A stretch of 64,000 bases of DNA from Naegleria gruberi (taxonomy: Eukaryota), in assembly GCA_000004985.1 (NCBI GenBank), contig GG738924.1. One strand, written 5' to 3'. The notes under the pieces are model-generated. The model was not told the DNA's origin. It was given only the letters and a program-made list of their open reading frames with translations, and ran no database searches. A program made the translations under genes and the position numbers. Shown piece by piece: positions 9,451 to 21,037 of the stretch; position 1 is the stretch's first letter, and each line of letters begins with the position of its first letter.

Positions 9451-11649
9451 ATGAGCAAACCCTACTCTTCCTCAAAATCAAAATCTACAACTTCGACGAC
9501 AATATCAAATAATTCATCTTTCTTGATTGGTAATCATCACCCTCATCATCTCTCGAATGCTCCCTCATCATCATCATCAAGTAGAATTAATCTCTCCTTT
9601 CAATATATGAGCATTGAAAATCCATCTTCAAACTCCAATAATGCTTCTTTTCATTCCTTTCAGCATCGAGGAAGTGGTGCAACCTCTCCGACCATGTTGA
9701 ATTCGACCACATTACCTTCCCTCACTTCCCCAATTAATAAACAGATGAGAAGTGCCTCACCAGCCTCCTTTGAGAACCAACGTCCTGAATCTCCAACCTA
9801 TCTTCCTCTTGGAATTGGTGAGTCAGTGTCATCATCCACCTCATCAAACTCATCCTCTGCTAGAAATACAAATAGAACATATAATATTGGTCAGAGAGCT
9901 CCTTCGGTGCCTGCTGATGCCTTTCATAGAGGGTCCCAACGATCCCTTTTTGAATCGAATGCTCCCACTCTTGTAATGACCAGTACTGCCTCATCAATGC
10001 GACCTCCTAAATCACCCATATCAATGGCTAGTAGTAGTAATAATTTAACAGATACAAGTTCTGTATTGAGCTCTGTCAGTAATGCACAATCCAATTATCA
10101 ACCTGTGGCTTTTGATGATGAAACAACTCTCTTTGTGAATATAATGAAGAAGGATTTGGGATATATTCAAAAGAGAATTAATGAATTAAAATATGAAGAG
10201 AAACACAACTCACAGAGGAGTGATGATATTGGTAATTTTTCAAATTGTATATATCAAAATGATCAGTACAGAACTAGGTATTCATTACTGGAGCTTTTTG
10301 TGGATAAACTTGCTGAAATGCAACAAATTCTAATGCAGAAAACGGACAAGCTAATTCCAGTTTCTAAACGCTTTAAAACCAACAGTTACGAGAAGAAGGT
10401 TTCCATTAGACTGCAAAGATTTGCTGAAGTATCGGATAGAATAATGGATGTTGTGGAAAATAACAAACCTTCTTCTCTTTCTTCTTCACCAAAGAAGGAA
10501 AAAGTTCAAACTTCCAATAAGGAAACTCAAACCAAGGATTCAACATCGAAAAAGGTTGCTTCTCATAAGGAAACTCAAGATGCTGAGGTAAATACTGATA
10601 GGGTTGATAAAACTCCATACGAGGCAGAAATTCAAGAATTGAAAAAATTAGTACGATATTTACAACTAGATAAGGAACAAGCAAACAAGACTATTAAGGA
10701 CTTGAGTGAAACTGTTTCTTCGGCTCATTTCGATAGACAAAAGGAATATGATATCATTATTGGCCAACTTAAGAAGGATATTGAAAAATTAAAACAGGAA
10801 AAGATGCAAATTTTGGAAAATCAAGCTGCAACCATAGAAAGTCACCGAAAAGCTGACTTGCAAAAAATTGAATCTCAAATGAAAGAAAAAGCAACAAAAA
10901 TTGAAAACCTTGAATCGAGACTCTACTTTAAAGGAAAGGAGATTGAAGCCATTCAGGATGAATTGGATTCACTGAGGAGTAAATCAGCTCTCCAAAAAGA
11001 AAAAGATGAAGCAGAAGTTTGGAAAAGCAAATATCAAGAATTGGAAAGGTCAAGAAATGATCTGGAGAGGAAATACAGAGATCTCATTGATGAGTGTGAT
11101 TTGGTAAAGGAAACATTGAAAAAGGAAGAACTCAGACACAAAGAAACTGTTGAAACCATGCGAGAAATGCAAGACCATCAGAATAGATTACATTTAGAGG
11201 CATCCAAACAAGACACCAAAAAGCTTCAAAGCAAATTAGAAGCAGCTGAAAAGATTGCCATGCAGAAGGAGTTTCAATATGAGGATTTAGTTAAAAATTA
11301 TCAAATTCAATCGATAGAGTTGGGAATTAGTAATAAGCAGAATGATAATTTAAAGGATCAAGTGAAAAATCTGAATAGGGAAAAGCAAAAACTTTTGGAA
11401 AATGTTGCTCAAGAACAAAATGTGGATGTGAAACATGAAATTGATATTATCAAGCGAGATTATGAAGAAAAATCAAAGACTATCAATGAAAAGATGAAAG
11501 ATTTACAGATGGGTCATGTCATGCAACTGAAAGCTCTTAACGATACCTTTACACAGGAACGAAAAATGTTACAAAGGAAGGCAGATAAATTCAAACAACG
11601 ATGTGACTTGTTAGAGGCAAGATTGGAGGAGATGGAAAAGAACCGATAA
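9451..11649 (+). CDS. Coiled-coil protein with a Ser-rich low-complexity N-terminus (732 aa)
   Basis: Long single-exon ORF from a true ATG. The C-terminal ~400 aa have heptad-like charged repeats (EKLKQEKMQILENQAATIESHRKADLQKIESQMKEKATKIENLESR...). I recognised no specific family. Confidence 0.6.
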   Translation: MSKPYSSSKSKSTTSTTISNNSSFLIGNHHPHHLSNAPSSSSSSRINLSFQYMSIENPSSNSNNASFHSFQHRGSGATSPTMLNSTTLPSLTSPINKQMRSASPASFENQRPESPTYLPLGIGESVSSSTSSNSSSARNTNRTYNIGQRAPSVPADAFHRGSQRSLFESNAPTLVMTSTASSMRPPKSPISMASSSNNLTDTSSVLSSVSNAQSNYQPVAFDDETTLFVNIMKKDLGYIQKRINELKYEEKHNSQRSDDIGNFSNCIYQNDQYRTRYSLLELFVDKLAEMQQILMQKTDKLIPVSKRFKTNSYEKKVSIRLQRFAEVSDRIMDVVENNKPSSLSSSPKKEKVQTSNKETQTKDSTSKKVASHKETQDAEVNTDRVDKTPYEAEIQELKKLVRYLQLDKEQANKTIKDLSETVSSAHFDRQKEYDIIIGQLKKDIEKLKQEKMQILENQAATIESHRKADLQKIESQMKEKATKIENLESRLYFKGKEIEAIQDELDSLRSKSALQKEKDEAEVWKSKYQELERSRNDLERKYRDLIDECDLVKETLKKEELRHKETVETMREMQDHQNRLHLEASKQDTKKLQSKLEAAEKIAMQKEFQYEDLVKNYQIQSIELGISNKQNDNLKDQVKNLNREKQKLLENVAQEQNVDVKHEIDIIKRDYEEKSKTINEKMKDLQMGHVMQLKALNDTFTQERKMLQRKADKFKQRCDLLEARLEEMEKNR

Positions 11650-11694
11650 TCAATTGTTTTCTCAATTAGCCTTGGGAATGATTCAGAATACTCT

Positions 11695-12534
11695 TTACAC
11701 CTTTGCTCCATAGTACTCACTGCTCAACCTTTCTTGATAAAATTCTTCTGAAAATTCAAGGTAGAAACCATTTGATCTTACAGCTTCTAACTGGACTTGC
11801 TTGTTCATTTTCAAGATAAAAGGAAGATATTTCAAAGCTAGACCATTCTGTTGTACTGCCATCATTGCTAGCTCTTCTGAAATCAAGTTGTCTTCAATAT
11901 TGCAAACCACCAAACCATTGGTAGAGATCGCCTCTCTGATGAAACTTTCGTCATACTGGTGAGGATTGTTCCAAAAAGTTGCATTATTATATTTGATCAG
12001 TTCCAAATACATGTATCTATCTTCCCAACATGAAAATTCTGGAATAAAAAAGTTAATACGTCCACCTTTAGCAGCATACAAAACAATTTCCTTATCCAAT
12101 CTCAAGTTAAGTGAAAGACATTTGTAATTATGTGGATTCGTTTTCATAATGTGGAGTGCTAACTCTCTATCATTTCGTAAATCGCTCGACAAATAATCAA
12201 CAATAAAACATTGTTCATCCATTTTCTGCTCACAAAGTTCAAATATGAAATCTCTCTCGCTCAATATCGTATTTCTGGTGGAATGGAATTGTTCTGGAAG
12301 CTTTTCCAACATGGAAGGTTTTTTCAAGAGTGCAATTTTGAGAATTTCATCATCCATATAGTTAGCATAATGAACAGAATAGGGATTATGTTTAACTGCC
12401 TCTAATATAACCTCCCTGTCACATTTCAATAGATCTGATGCATATCTAAGGCATGATTGACCAGACACTAGTGGTTTATCGCATCTTACAGCCAGTAAAA
12501 CTATTTCTCTATCATTTTTCATTTCTCCACTCAA
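11695..12534 (-). CDS. DUF4116-like repeat protein, probably the 3' part of the gene that starts at 15055 (see the gap finding)
   Basis: Repeats fit the DUF4116 consensus (NDREIVLxAVxxNGxxLxY): MKNDREIVLLAVRCD, DREVILEAVKHNPYSV, DKEIVLYAAKGG, EELAMMAVQQNGLALKYL, QVQLEAVRSNGFYLEF. The first 71 aa are identical to an internal segment of ORF 14035-15055. Confidence 0.5.
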   Translation of the reverse strand: MSGEMKNDREIVLLAVRCDKPLVSGQSCLRYASDLLKCDREVILEAVKHNPYSVHYANYMDDEILKIALLKKPSMLEKLPEQFHSTRNTILSERDFIFELCEQKMDEQCFIVDYLSSDLRNDRELALHIMKTNPHNYKCLSLNLRLDKEIVLYAAKGGRINFFIPEFSCWEDRYMYLELIKYNNATFWNNPHQYDESFIREAISTNGLVVCNIEDNLISEELAMMAVQQNGLALKYLPFILKMNKQVQLEAVRSNGFYLEFSEEFYQERLSSEYYGAKV

Positions 12535-12539
12535 ATATT
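12327..12539. repeat. 213-bp near-identical direct repeat, copy A (copy B is at 14035-14247). The two copies flank the scaffold gap.
   Basis: The aligned sequence runs agagtgcaattttgagaatttcatcatcc...ctccactcaaatatt and differs from copy B at only two positions. Confidence 0.8.
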
Positions 12540-13984
12540 GAGGTCATTCAAAAATTAAGTGTTTTTCAACACAAGCAATACACAAATTTTTTTAGTGGTA
12601 ATTGGATTCATTTTTGTTTGTGTTGTGTGTTTGTGTTTTGGCCATTAAAATTACACATACAATACATATTTTTATTCATCGATATCCATGAGATCTGCGA
12701 GAATTAATTTAGTCTTCACTGCGTATTGGGTATTCGTTTAAATAAATATTCGTTAAAATTGCACAAACCAACACAATTACTGGTTGACAACTAATGGAAT
12801 GCCTAAAAAGTTTTGCTAATATTTGAAATCGCTTTAGAAATGCATTTGTGATTTCAATTATAACTCTTTCATATTTCTGTTCATAATTTAGGTAAGATCC
12901 ATCACTCATAGGTTCAATCAGTTTTCCAGGAATTGAGTTGACCGAAAATCCACTGTCAACATTAACTTTGAATTTTGGATTCTTTTGTACTGCTTTATGA
13001 AGTCCAGATAATTTTAAAACAGTGTTATCATTCATTGAACCTCTAAAACCAATACTAATATGTGCTATTATTCCTGTTCTGTAAGTGGTAATTTGTGTGA
13101 TTAGGTCATGTCTTTTATCTTTTCGGTAATTTAAATGTTGAAGATAATTTGTTCTTGAATGTTTGAAGTGTGTAAATAAAGATTTATATCCTTTAAAGCA
13201 GGTTCCAAGGTTGATTCACCATATGGTGTCTCAATCCTTGAGCTTTTAATCCATTTGTCTTAATTTATTATTTTATTATTTTGTGGTTTTAAAAACATGT
13301 GTTAGATTAGTATTTAACAAAGGATGAGTTAATAAATTATCATCATGTAATTTGATAGTTTGACTTGTTATGTTAGTAGCAATATTAGTTAAAATATGAG
13401 GCAAATCAATACTTAATGTTGATAAACTAATACCAAACATTAAACTAATCCAAGTATTAGCAACACCACCCTTTAAATACATTAAAGCAGCTAATAATCA
13501 ATCTTCATTACTTAAAAGTCTTCTTTCTTTCTGTTATTAAATGATTTATGCTTTGATTAATTTAAATTGTGATATTGTTACTCCTGTCAAAGATAAGAAC
13601 AATCCTTTATCTTATTGAAGAACGGAAGTATTGATTCTTTGTATTCTATTTGTTGAAAATCAATGTGAATCTATTAAACCTTCTTTTTGTAGTGTAAATA
13701 GGATCAAATATTAAAGGAGGTGGAATATTAATTAAGTTTAAAATATTATATATTAATTCAAGTTCAGAATTACTGCAACTTGTTATTAGTAATTGTTCTT
13801 TTATAATTAGTAATAGTTTGTTTTGTTTTTGAGAAGATGAAGAATAATTTCTTCCGATAATGGTGTACCATTAATTGGAGGAGGATTTAAAATATCTTGT
13901 GTAACATTTAACAAGTCCTCCAGTATTTGTTGTGTCGAAGGTGATGGTAGTTGTGTCATTTTTTTTCCATTTAGATTTTTTAAT

Positions 13985-14034
13985 NNNNNNNNNNNNNNNN
14001 NNNNNNNNNNNNNNNNNNNNNNNNNNNNNNNNNN
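13985..14034. other. Assembly/scaffold gap (50 N)
   Basis: A run of 50 n characters. The track ORFs that translate across it (XXXX) are not real. Confidence 0.99.
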
Positions 14035-15055
14035 AGAGCGCAATTTTGAGAATTTCATCATCCATATAGTTAGCATAATGAACAGAATAGGGATTATGTT
14101 TAACTGCCTCTAATATAACCTCCCTGTCACATTTCAATAGATCTGATGCATATCTAAGGCATGATTGACCAGATACTAGTGGTTTATCGCATCTTACAGC
14201 CAGTAAAACTATTTCTCTATCATTTTTCATTTCTCCACTCAAATATTCCAAGCACATACTATTTGATTTCAAAGCGAGGAAAACAATTTCTCTATCCAAT
14301 CTAAACTCGGATGGAGTTTTTGCTATTATATTTCCATTTCGTTTAACAGCTTCTATCACAATATCCCTGTCAGTTGACCATCTTTTTTCTAAATCTCTCA
14401 ATACCAAACCATCAACCCTGACTGCTTTTAAAATCATTTCCCTATCATTCTTCAGATCATTATTTGCAAAATTTAATGAAAACCCATTGTACTTCACACA
14501 TTCTTCTATTATTAATCTATCACTTCTCACTTTCTCAGTTGCCAACTCTAAGAGAAGTAAAACATTCTTTTCTACCAATCCCTCAAATTTAACAATCTCT
14601 AAAAAGTGCTTTTTATCATCAAATACAGCTCTCATTGATGGATAATATGTCATCAATCTATTTAATATATCTTCTTCTAACAAATGTGCATGACTCTTTA
14701 GGAAATTGGCCACAAATTTCGTGTCATTCATTGTATTTTCCAAAGCCAATACTTGCTTTGAATCCACTCTATCGGTCCACAATAAATATTCCAAAGCAAT
14801 ATCAACATCCAACTTTAACATTGGATCAATCATTTCATAAACCATTTGAGGATTATTCTTCATATTTTCAATGATGAATGATTTATCTTTGGCATATTCT
14901 ATGGGAAAATATTCGTATGATTTTTCCATTCGAACAAACCATAACAGTTTGCCAAATTGTTGGCTTTCAAATTTGAATTTTAAATATTGGAAAGTTGGTT
15001 GAGTGGTGATGGGACGATCCGTAAGAATAATTGTAACTGGTTCTAACTCTGACAT
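14035..15055 (-). CDS. DUF4116-like repeat protein, 5' part. The ATG is at 15055 and the ORF is open down to the gap.
   Basis: The repeats NDREMILKAVRVDGLVLRDL, DRDIVIEAVKRNGNIIAK and DREIVFLALKSNSMCLEYLSGEMKNDREIVLLAVRCD are followed by the 213-bp segment identical to 12327-12539. Confidence 0.5.
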
Positions 15056-15256
15056 TTTTTTGTTCTTTCTAATTTAAATGAACCTGGTTCATTAGTCTAA
15101 TGAGACTGCTTCTGATGTTTGGTGAACTTTACAATATTGCGTTTTGATATAAAAACGTCTGGGATTGGGTTCACACTTAAATTTAAGCAATTTGAAAATA
15201 TTAATCATCAACCATTTTCATTATGTTCTAAGCCAGCATTATCTCAAAACCTGGCA

Positions 15257-15712
15257 TTAATACGACCTTGTTCTTCCATTTTCATATTGCTTGAAGAACT
15301 TTCCAATACCGATGTAACAAGACGAAACCAAAACAACTAACAACCCCACAACAAATAGAACAATCCTCAACAAGAAGAACAGATTAGCATGACGTTCACA
15401 CTGTCTCTTTGTCATGGTGTATGCATATTCATCCTTATAAAACGGAGAATTCATTCTCTGCATGAGAATAAACCCAACGATTCCCGAATAAACTAACAAA
15501 CCCAACACAGAACCAATTGCCCAATTCATTCTCAAGCAAATCCTTCTCGAAGGAACAAACAACACATTAAAAACAATTCCAATCATAAAAACCACTCCAA
15601 CAACCAACATTCCCCACAGAACAATATCCATCAATTGATGATTATCAGTATATGTATAAAAACAAGCTTGTTGCGAGGTGGAAATATTATAAGATACAAC
15701 CAGACAACTCAT
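15257..15712 (-). CDS. Hypothetical four-TM membrane protein (start moved to the first ATG, MSCLVV)
   Basis: It has four hydrophobic helices. The track start at 15742 is a TTG, and an in-frame TGA lies immediately upstream of it. Confidence 0.4.
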   Translation of the reverse strand: MSCLVVSYNISTSQQACFYTYTDNHQLMDIVLWGMLVVGVVFMIGIVFNVLFVPSRRICLRMNWAIGSVLGLLVYSGIVGFILMQRMNSPFYKDEYAYTMTKRQCERHANLFFLLRIVLFVVGLLVVLVSSCYIGIGKFFKQYENGRTRSY

Positions 15713-16044
15713 TCCGAAAATTAAATAGAAAATAATCCACAATAACCATCATAATTTGAATCTCGCTGTGATGATGATTTTGATGGTGGAAGGATGAGAA
15801 AGATTCGAGTTGAGCATTTTTCTTTGAGAGTTTTTTCAATTAAATTTGGCGCCAAAAATAGTCATCTTGATTTTGGTGGGAGAATTGTCAAACTACTAAG
15901 GTGTGATTCAAAACAAGCAACAGAACGGATCCATTTCCTTGACAATGTTCTCCTATTTTTGTAATTTCAATTCTTCTAACAACTTGTTCAGCTATTTTAC
16001 AGTTCTTTCAAACTCTGGAAGTGGTTGGAAAAATTAATTAAAAA

Positions 16045-17520
16045 ATGAATAGATATGATTTCTTGTCTAGCTTGCCGTTTTTGCAGCCATTTCATGCTTT
16101 TAATCAATTTTATGAAGAATTTTCTCGGAAGGAACCTTACTCTTCAAAATATGATAATGTACGAGTTGTGGAGTTGTCCAAGTTTTTACAGCAACATTAT
16201 GAACAATATGTTGAAGATGCCTTTATGATATTTAGTGGAAATTCGTGTTTGACTGATGATAGAGATGAATTACACTTCTTTTTTAAAACAGGAGGATCGG
16301 AACAAGAACAATTGAATATTCAGGAGAGTAGTGATCCTGGACAATTGAAAACAAAAATTATATTGATTAAAGCCCATTCTTTAAATTCTGCAGAGGCTGC
16401 TGAAAGGTACTTGTTTGGAGAATGTATTTTGAAATATGATGTACCTCCATCAGAAAAGAAGAGAAAGAAACTGGAATCAACCAAACCAACTACCTTCAAA
16501 GCTACAACAGAAATTGAGATTGAGCATGCCAAGGCTTTGGAACTGAGAGGATTTCTCACATATAATACTAGTACGAAACTCTACGAATTGGTTACAATTT
16601 ACTTTGTAATTATGATGATTGACGGTTTCTGTTTTCTGTACGATCACACAGAAATTGAAAAAATTACCAAACCAATCCTCTCCATCAATAAGACTGAGGT
16701 CACTAATTCAGTTCAATCCTCTCCCTCAGCCAAGACTGCTTCGGCTGCAGATGCTGAGCTCTTGCGAGATGTGGAACTATTTTTGAAAAATAAGGACAAG
16801 GAGAAGGGTTTGAATACTTCTGAAAGTGAAATACATAACGAGGATATTAATATACCATATCTTGGATTGACATCATGCTATACCAATATGAGATTGTATC
16901 ATATTTTGGACACATTTGAAGTTTCTAATGCTGGAGACAAAATTTCAACAAAGGAGGAAAAGTTGGAAGGAATTCATTCAGACTTGGTTGGATGTATGAA
17001 TATGATGTTAAAACATTTGAGACCTATCAATATGGGATTTTTAATCAATCTAATATTTGGAAATTATCTCAAAGATTCCATGACAGATGAGGGTGATTCT
17101 AACTCTTTTCAAAGTTGTGTCTATTCAAAGTGGAATAATTTAGAGAATTTCCTGCACTCTACCAAAACTCATCCAATATTGCTCAGTAGTAGCAACTTGA
17201 AAACATCCTCTCTAAAGAATATACCCACCCAAGATTTGGAAATTTGCTACAATAGTCTATCTGATTTGATTGACCAATATCAGAGTGCACTCATGCCAAT
17301 CAGTTCAACAGCCAACGAACAAGCCTTAAAAAAACTCAAACAAAAGGAATCAGATCACAAACTCAAAATTGAAGAAATGTGCAAACAATTCAACAATGAT
17401 TCCTCACTCACCAACTCAGCAATGTTAGTCGATTTGGATGAAGAAATTGCCAACATGAGAGCTACTCAAGAAATGCTCATTCTCTCGAATTGTGTCCTCA
17501 ACAAGAACTTTTCATTGTAA
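16045..17520 (+). CDS. Hypothetical protein (491 aa)
   Basis: Long ORF from a true ATG with coding-like composition. No recognised domain. Confidence 0.5.
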   Translation: MNRYDFLSSLPFLQPFHAFNQFYEEFSRKEPYSSKYDNVRVVELSKFLQQHYEQYVEDAFMIFSGNSCLTDDRDELHFFFKTGGSEQEQLNIQESSDPGQLKTKIILIKAHSLNSAEAAERYLFGECILKYDVPPSEKKRKKLESTKPTTFKATTEIEIEHAKALELRGFLTYNTSTKLYELVTIYFVIMMIDGFCFLYDHTEIEKITKPILSINKTEVTNSVQSSPSAKTASAADAELLRDVELFLKNKDKEKGLNTSESEIHNEDINIPYLGLTSCYTNMRLYHILDTFEVSNAGDKISTKEEKLEGIHSDLVGCMNMMLKHLRPINMGFLINLIFGNYLKDSMTDEGDSNSFQSCVYSKWNNLENFLHSTKTHPILLSSSNLKTSSLKNIPTQDLEICYNSLSDLIDQYQSALMPISSTANEQALKKLKQKESDHKLKIEEMCKQFNNDSSLTNSAMLVDLDEEIANMRATQEMLILSNCVLNKNFSL

Positions 17521-17663
17521 ATAGATATCTAATTCAAAATTAAATTGTATTATATATTTGTACATGTGATTTTGCAAAATTTGATTTTTCTGCCACTTGA
17601 AATCATCTATTAGCTTCTACTACCATCCACAAAAAAGGAATAGAAAATGTAATTTGAAACTGA

Positions 17664-18308
17664 TTAAAGAGAATCAATTAAACCAGCCATATCAGAAAAT
17701 TCGGAATACATCTTTTTAAATTCACTCAAACTCAAATCAATAGTCTTTCTTTGAGAATTGGTCATTAACAATGTAACAGTGACTTTAGCTGTTTGTAAAT
17801 CCTCACAATCACTTGATGATGTAGAAATACTCAACTTCCAATCCAAATGTTTCAGACGAGGTAATTCAAAATCATCCAAAATTTTCTTTTGTTCACTATT
17901 CTCTGTATTTTCACCATTATCCTCATCTCTAAACTTGGTTTCAGCCAACAAAATTTCATACTCTGGACACATGACTTTAATCTTGTTGACTTGAATTTGT
18001 GTTGTTGATCTTAATAATTTCGGAAATTCAGCAAGTGGTACTCTGTATTGTCTTGCTGTACGGAATATATACAATAAAAGATTAATAACATTTTCTATTT
18101 GTTTTTCGGAAAGTGTTTGATTATTAACTGTAGAAATCCATGATTGATAATCATCAACGTAACATCCCAATCCTCTACCAAGAATAAACATGACTGTCTT
18201 GTGCGACATTTCATTGATAATATCTGGATGAACTCTATTCAAATCATCAACAGCACTGTGGAATCCTTCAGGTACACTTTGAAAACATTGGGCTGGATTT
18301 AAAGACAT
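17664..18308 (-). CDS. COMM-domain-like protein (214 aa)
   Basis: The C-terminal segment LKHLDWKLSISTSSSDCEDLQTAKVTVTLLMTNSQRKTIDLSLSEFKKMYSEF fits the COMM-domain pattern (DFDWRL...VxL.L.....F.m...L). The size is typical of COMMD proteins. Confidence 0.45.
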   Translation of the reverse strand: MSLNPAQCFQSVPEGFHSAVDDLNRVHPDIINEMSHKTVMFILGRGLGCYVDDYQSWISTVNNQTLSEKQIENVINLLLYIFRTARQYRVPLAEFPKLLRSTTQIQVNKIKVMCPEYEILLAETKFRDEDNGENTENSEQKKILDDFELPRLKHLDWKLSISTSSSDCEDLQTAKVTVTLLMTNSQRKTIDLSLSEFKKMYSEFSDMAGLIDSL

Positions 18309-19893
18309 TTTTTCACTTATTAATTATTTAATTGATGATGAAAAAGATTTTTTGCTTGATAGTTGGTTGTGATCAAATAATAATATTATCATCTTTGGCA
18401 GAGTATATTCAATAATTATTCTAACTATTATAACTAAACAATAGTTTGGAAAGAATTAAAAACAATAATTTAATGAGCAAAATTTGAAAAAAGCCGATAA
18501 GGATATCATCCCCTTGTTAGAATCATTAGTCAATGATCAAAATTGTGTTGGAGAAAAAGATTAGAGGTATTGTGTGGTTGTTATGGTGAATGAGACAATG
18601 GTAAATTTCGTTATATGAGAAAATATAACGAGTGTCTCTCACTCTCTTCGGATGACAATGATTGCAAATCCACATGTACAATATCCTGACAACCAGGTGG
18701 TTACACTCAGCTGCAAGGTGACTGTACCTTTGGACAATCACATATTGTCCATCCACAAGTTGTTGCTACTATTATGGCCAACTAATTTCCAATGTTCAAC
18801 TGTTTTTCATCATGATAAACATAACAAGATATCCAGTCGCTGTGGTGATTGCACCACAATTAGGAACTGTCTAATCTTTAGCATTGTTCATCATTCCTCA
18901 GAGTTGACAAATAGCAGCAACAAGTGTTCATGATCAATATCCAGAATTATTTGATACTTTGTTTCGACATGACCATATTCTTTCTATTGATAAGAGCCAT
19001 ATCCAAAATCTTTCCCAACTCACAATGAGATGAAGCCTTGCTTACCGGACGAGTACAACTTGAAACTGGAGTATTAACTTGATGACCATTATTTACCTTT
19101 GTTGGCACATAGGAAGTTCCAATGAATCCCATTTGATTTCTATAGTTTTGAAATTCGAGCATTTTGTATCTTCTAATATATGGTTCAAGCACACAGAGTT
19201 TGTTTGATTGAAAAACTATCAACGTTTTGTCGTTTCGTTGTTGGTTTGTTGTGACGTCGTTTTTTCTTCGGCGCTCTCTTCTGATTGTTGCACTTATTGA
19301 TTTGTTCAGTAAAGTGCTAAAAATTGTTTGATAAAACGCTGCGTTTTCTACCGTTACAAGTGACGGAATTAGAAAAAATCTTAGATAATAATAAAGGCTT
19401 GTCGAATGTTGTGATCGATGGAAAGTTGATGAGGTTGATGAAGGGAACTGAACAAAAGGATCTAATTCAGGTGTACAGATATCACTTGCAATTTTACTGT
19501 AGATGTGAGTTAATTTTAAACTAGAGTCTCTATTAATATTCAATCAATTTTTATTGATGAAAGGTTGAGCTTAAGAGTGAGGATGATTCATAGTTGGCAA
19601 GTTAGAGAGAAGAGATAATTTCCTCAATCGAAAGGTTGAATTGCTTGTTGTGATGTTGATGAAAATCCTCATTGAATTGTACTAATCGGAAAAGTGTCTA
19701 TTGAGATAATTTCTATTACCGTTGTGAGGTCTTAAGAAAATTGTGTTCTTTTGAAGAACATCAAAAGTACTCTCAATTTACCTTGTACTACCGCTAACTT
19801 GAATTCCAACAATATGAACTTGTAGTTCCTTGACTCTCGTTGATGTTCTCTTCAAATCTTATATCATCTCAAAATAATTCACTTACTAGAAAA

Positions 19894-21037
19894 ATGTCAA
19901 CACAAGAACAAGCAGATAAATGGTTTGAAACTAATATGGATGTTTGGTATGATGCCATTGTCGATCTAACATTTAGGTGAGTTGATCTATTATTCTTCTA
20001 TTATTTAATTTGGTTATCATATTATAGAACAAGAATGATATCTCTTTCGGAGGAGCAAATTATGGCCATCATTCTCGATAATGAATATTTCAATGGTGAA
20101 TGCAATCAGGAAGTGTTGGAAACAAGTGGTATTGATATCGTGTCGAGTTTAAATTCCGACACAAGGCGAACAGTATTGGAAACGTTAGAAATTGATGTAA
20201 ATAGAGAGATGAAAGAATTATCTTGTTGTAATGATGAAGGATGTTTTATTAAATTGAGCTGTAGATCTCCGAAGGATGCCTTTGCTGTATGTGCAAAGAT
20301 GAAGGAGTTATTCAATGACAAGATTGAGAAAATTGTAATGGAAAAGAAAGGAGTTTTAGCAACTCCCAATGAAAGGTTGATAGCTGTCAACGAATCATTT
20401 ATACAATCAATGAAGGTGAAGGATTTTGCTGAAGAGTACACATATTTTACCAAGTCAGCAAGAGTATTGGAAGATTTACTGTTATTTCTCAAATATGATA
20501 AGAAGCAACGAGAAGAAAATCCTATCAAGATTATCATTAGAGAGTGGGTTGATATTCCTTCAAAATATGAATTCAGATCATTTGTGAAAAACAAACAATT
20601 GACAGCCATCTCTCAATATTTTGACACTTGTTCTATCCAGATTTGGTTGCAGAGGAAGATTTAATTAAGGAAAAAAACTATACGACTTTTTCACAAACCA
20701 AGTTGCTCATCGAGTTCCCCTAAATGATTACATTTGTGATTTTGCAATTGATTCGAATGGAAGAGTTTACATTGTTGAATTGAATCCATTCTCCACAACA
20801 ACTGATGCATGTCTCTTCAGTGTAAGTTGACTTTAATTCTTGAAAATTTATTTACTAAAATACTTACAATGAAAATAATAGTGGACAAAGGATGGTGAAA
20901 TTTTGAATGGAATACAAATCAAGAATGAAACAAATCAATTGGATCAGATCGAGTTTAGACTCAAAAAGGAAGTTGAAAAGCATTTGAAACATCAAATCAT
21001 TTCAGTGTGGGTTCCTTTTGTCATTCCATCCCAATAA
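19894..21037 (+). CDS. CDC123: CDC123/D123 family protein with three introns predicted, four exons (19894-19976, 20028-20821, 20882-21037). Exon 2 carries two apparent 1-nt frame disruptions.
   Basis: Exon 1 encodes MSTQEQADKWFETNMDVWYDAIVDLTF, then a GTGAGT donor and TATAG acceptor. Exon 2 reads ...REWVDIPSKYEFRSFVKNKQLTAISQYFDTC, then in frame -1 YPDLVAEEDLIKEK, then in frame -2 KLYDFFTNQVAHRVPLNDYICDFAIDSNGRVYIVELNPFSTTTDACLFS. It ends at a GTAAGT donor, and exon 3 encodes WTKDGEIL.... This aligns with human CDC123 (ISQRDYTQYYDHISKQKEEIRRCIQDFFKK...VWLIDFNPFGEVTDSLLFTWEEL). Confidence 0.6.

Noticed and set aside
12709-13482. ORFs 12709-13035 and 13276-13482 between the repeat copy and the gap
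   Set aside because: No homology. They sit in the suspect region next to the scaffold gap with AT-rich low-complexity composition. I leave them unannotated pending assembly validation.
13807-14076. Track ORFs translated across the N-run (XXXX residues)
   Set aside because: They span the 50-N scaffold gap and are not real sequence.
18947-19543. 198-aa minus-strand ORF and the overlapping plus-strand ORF 19324-19524
   Set aside because: Low-complexity Arg-rich translation with no recognisable domain and conflicting overlapping frames. It may be a small spliced gene, but I could not build a supported model.
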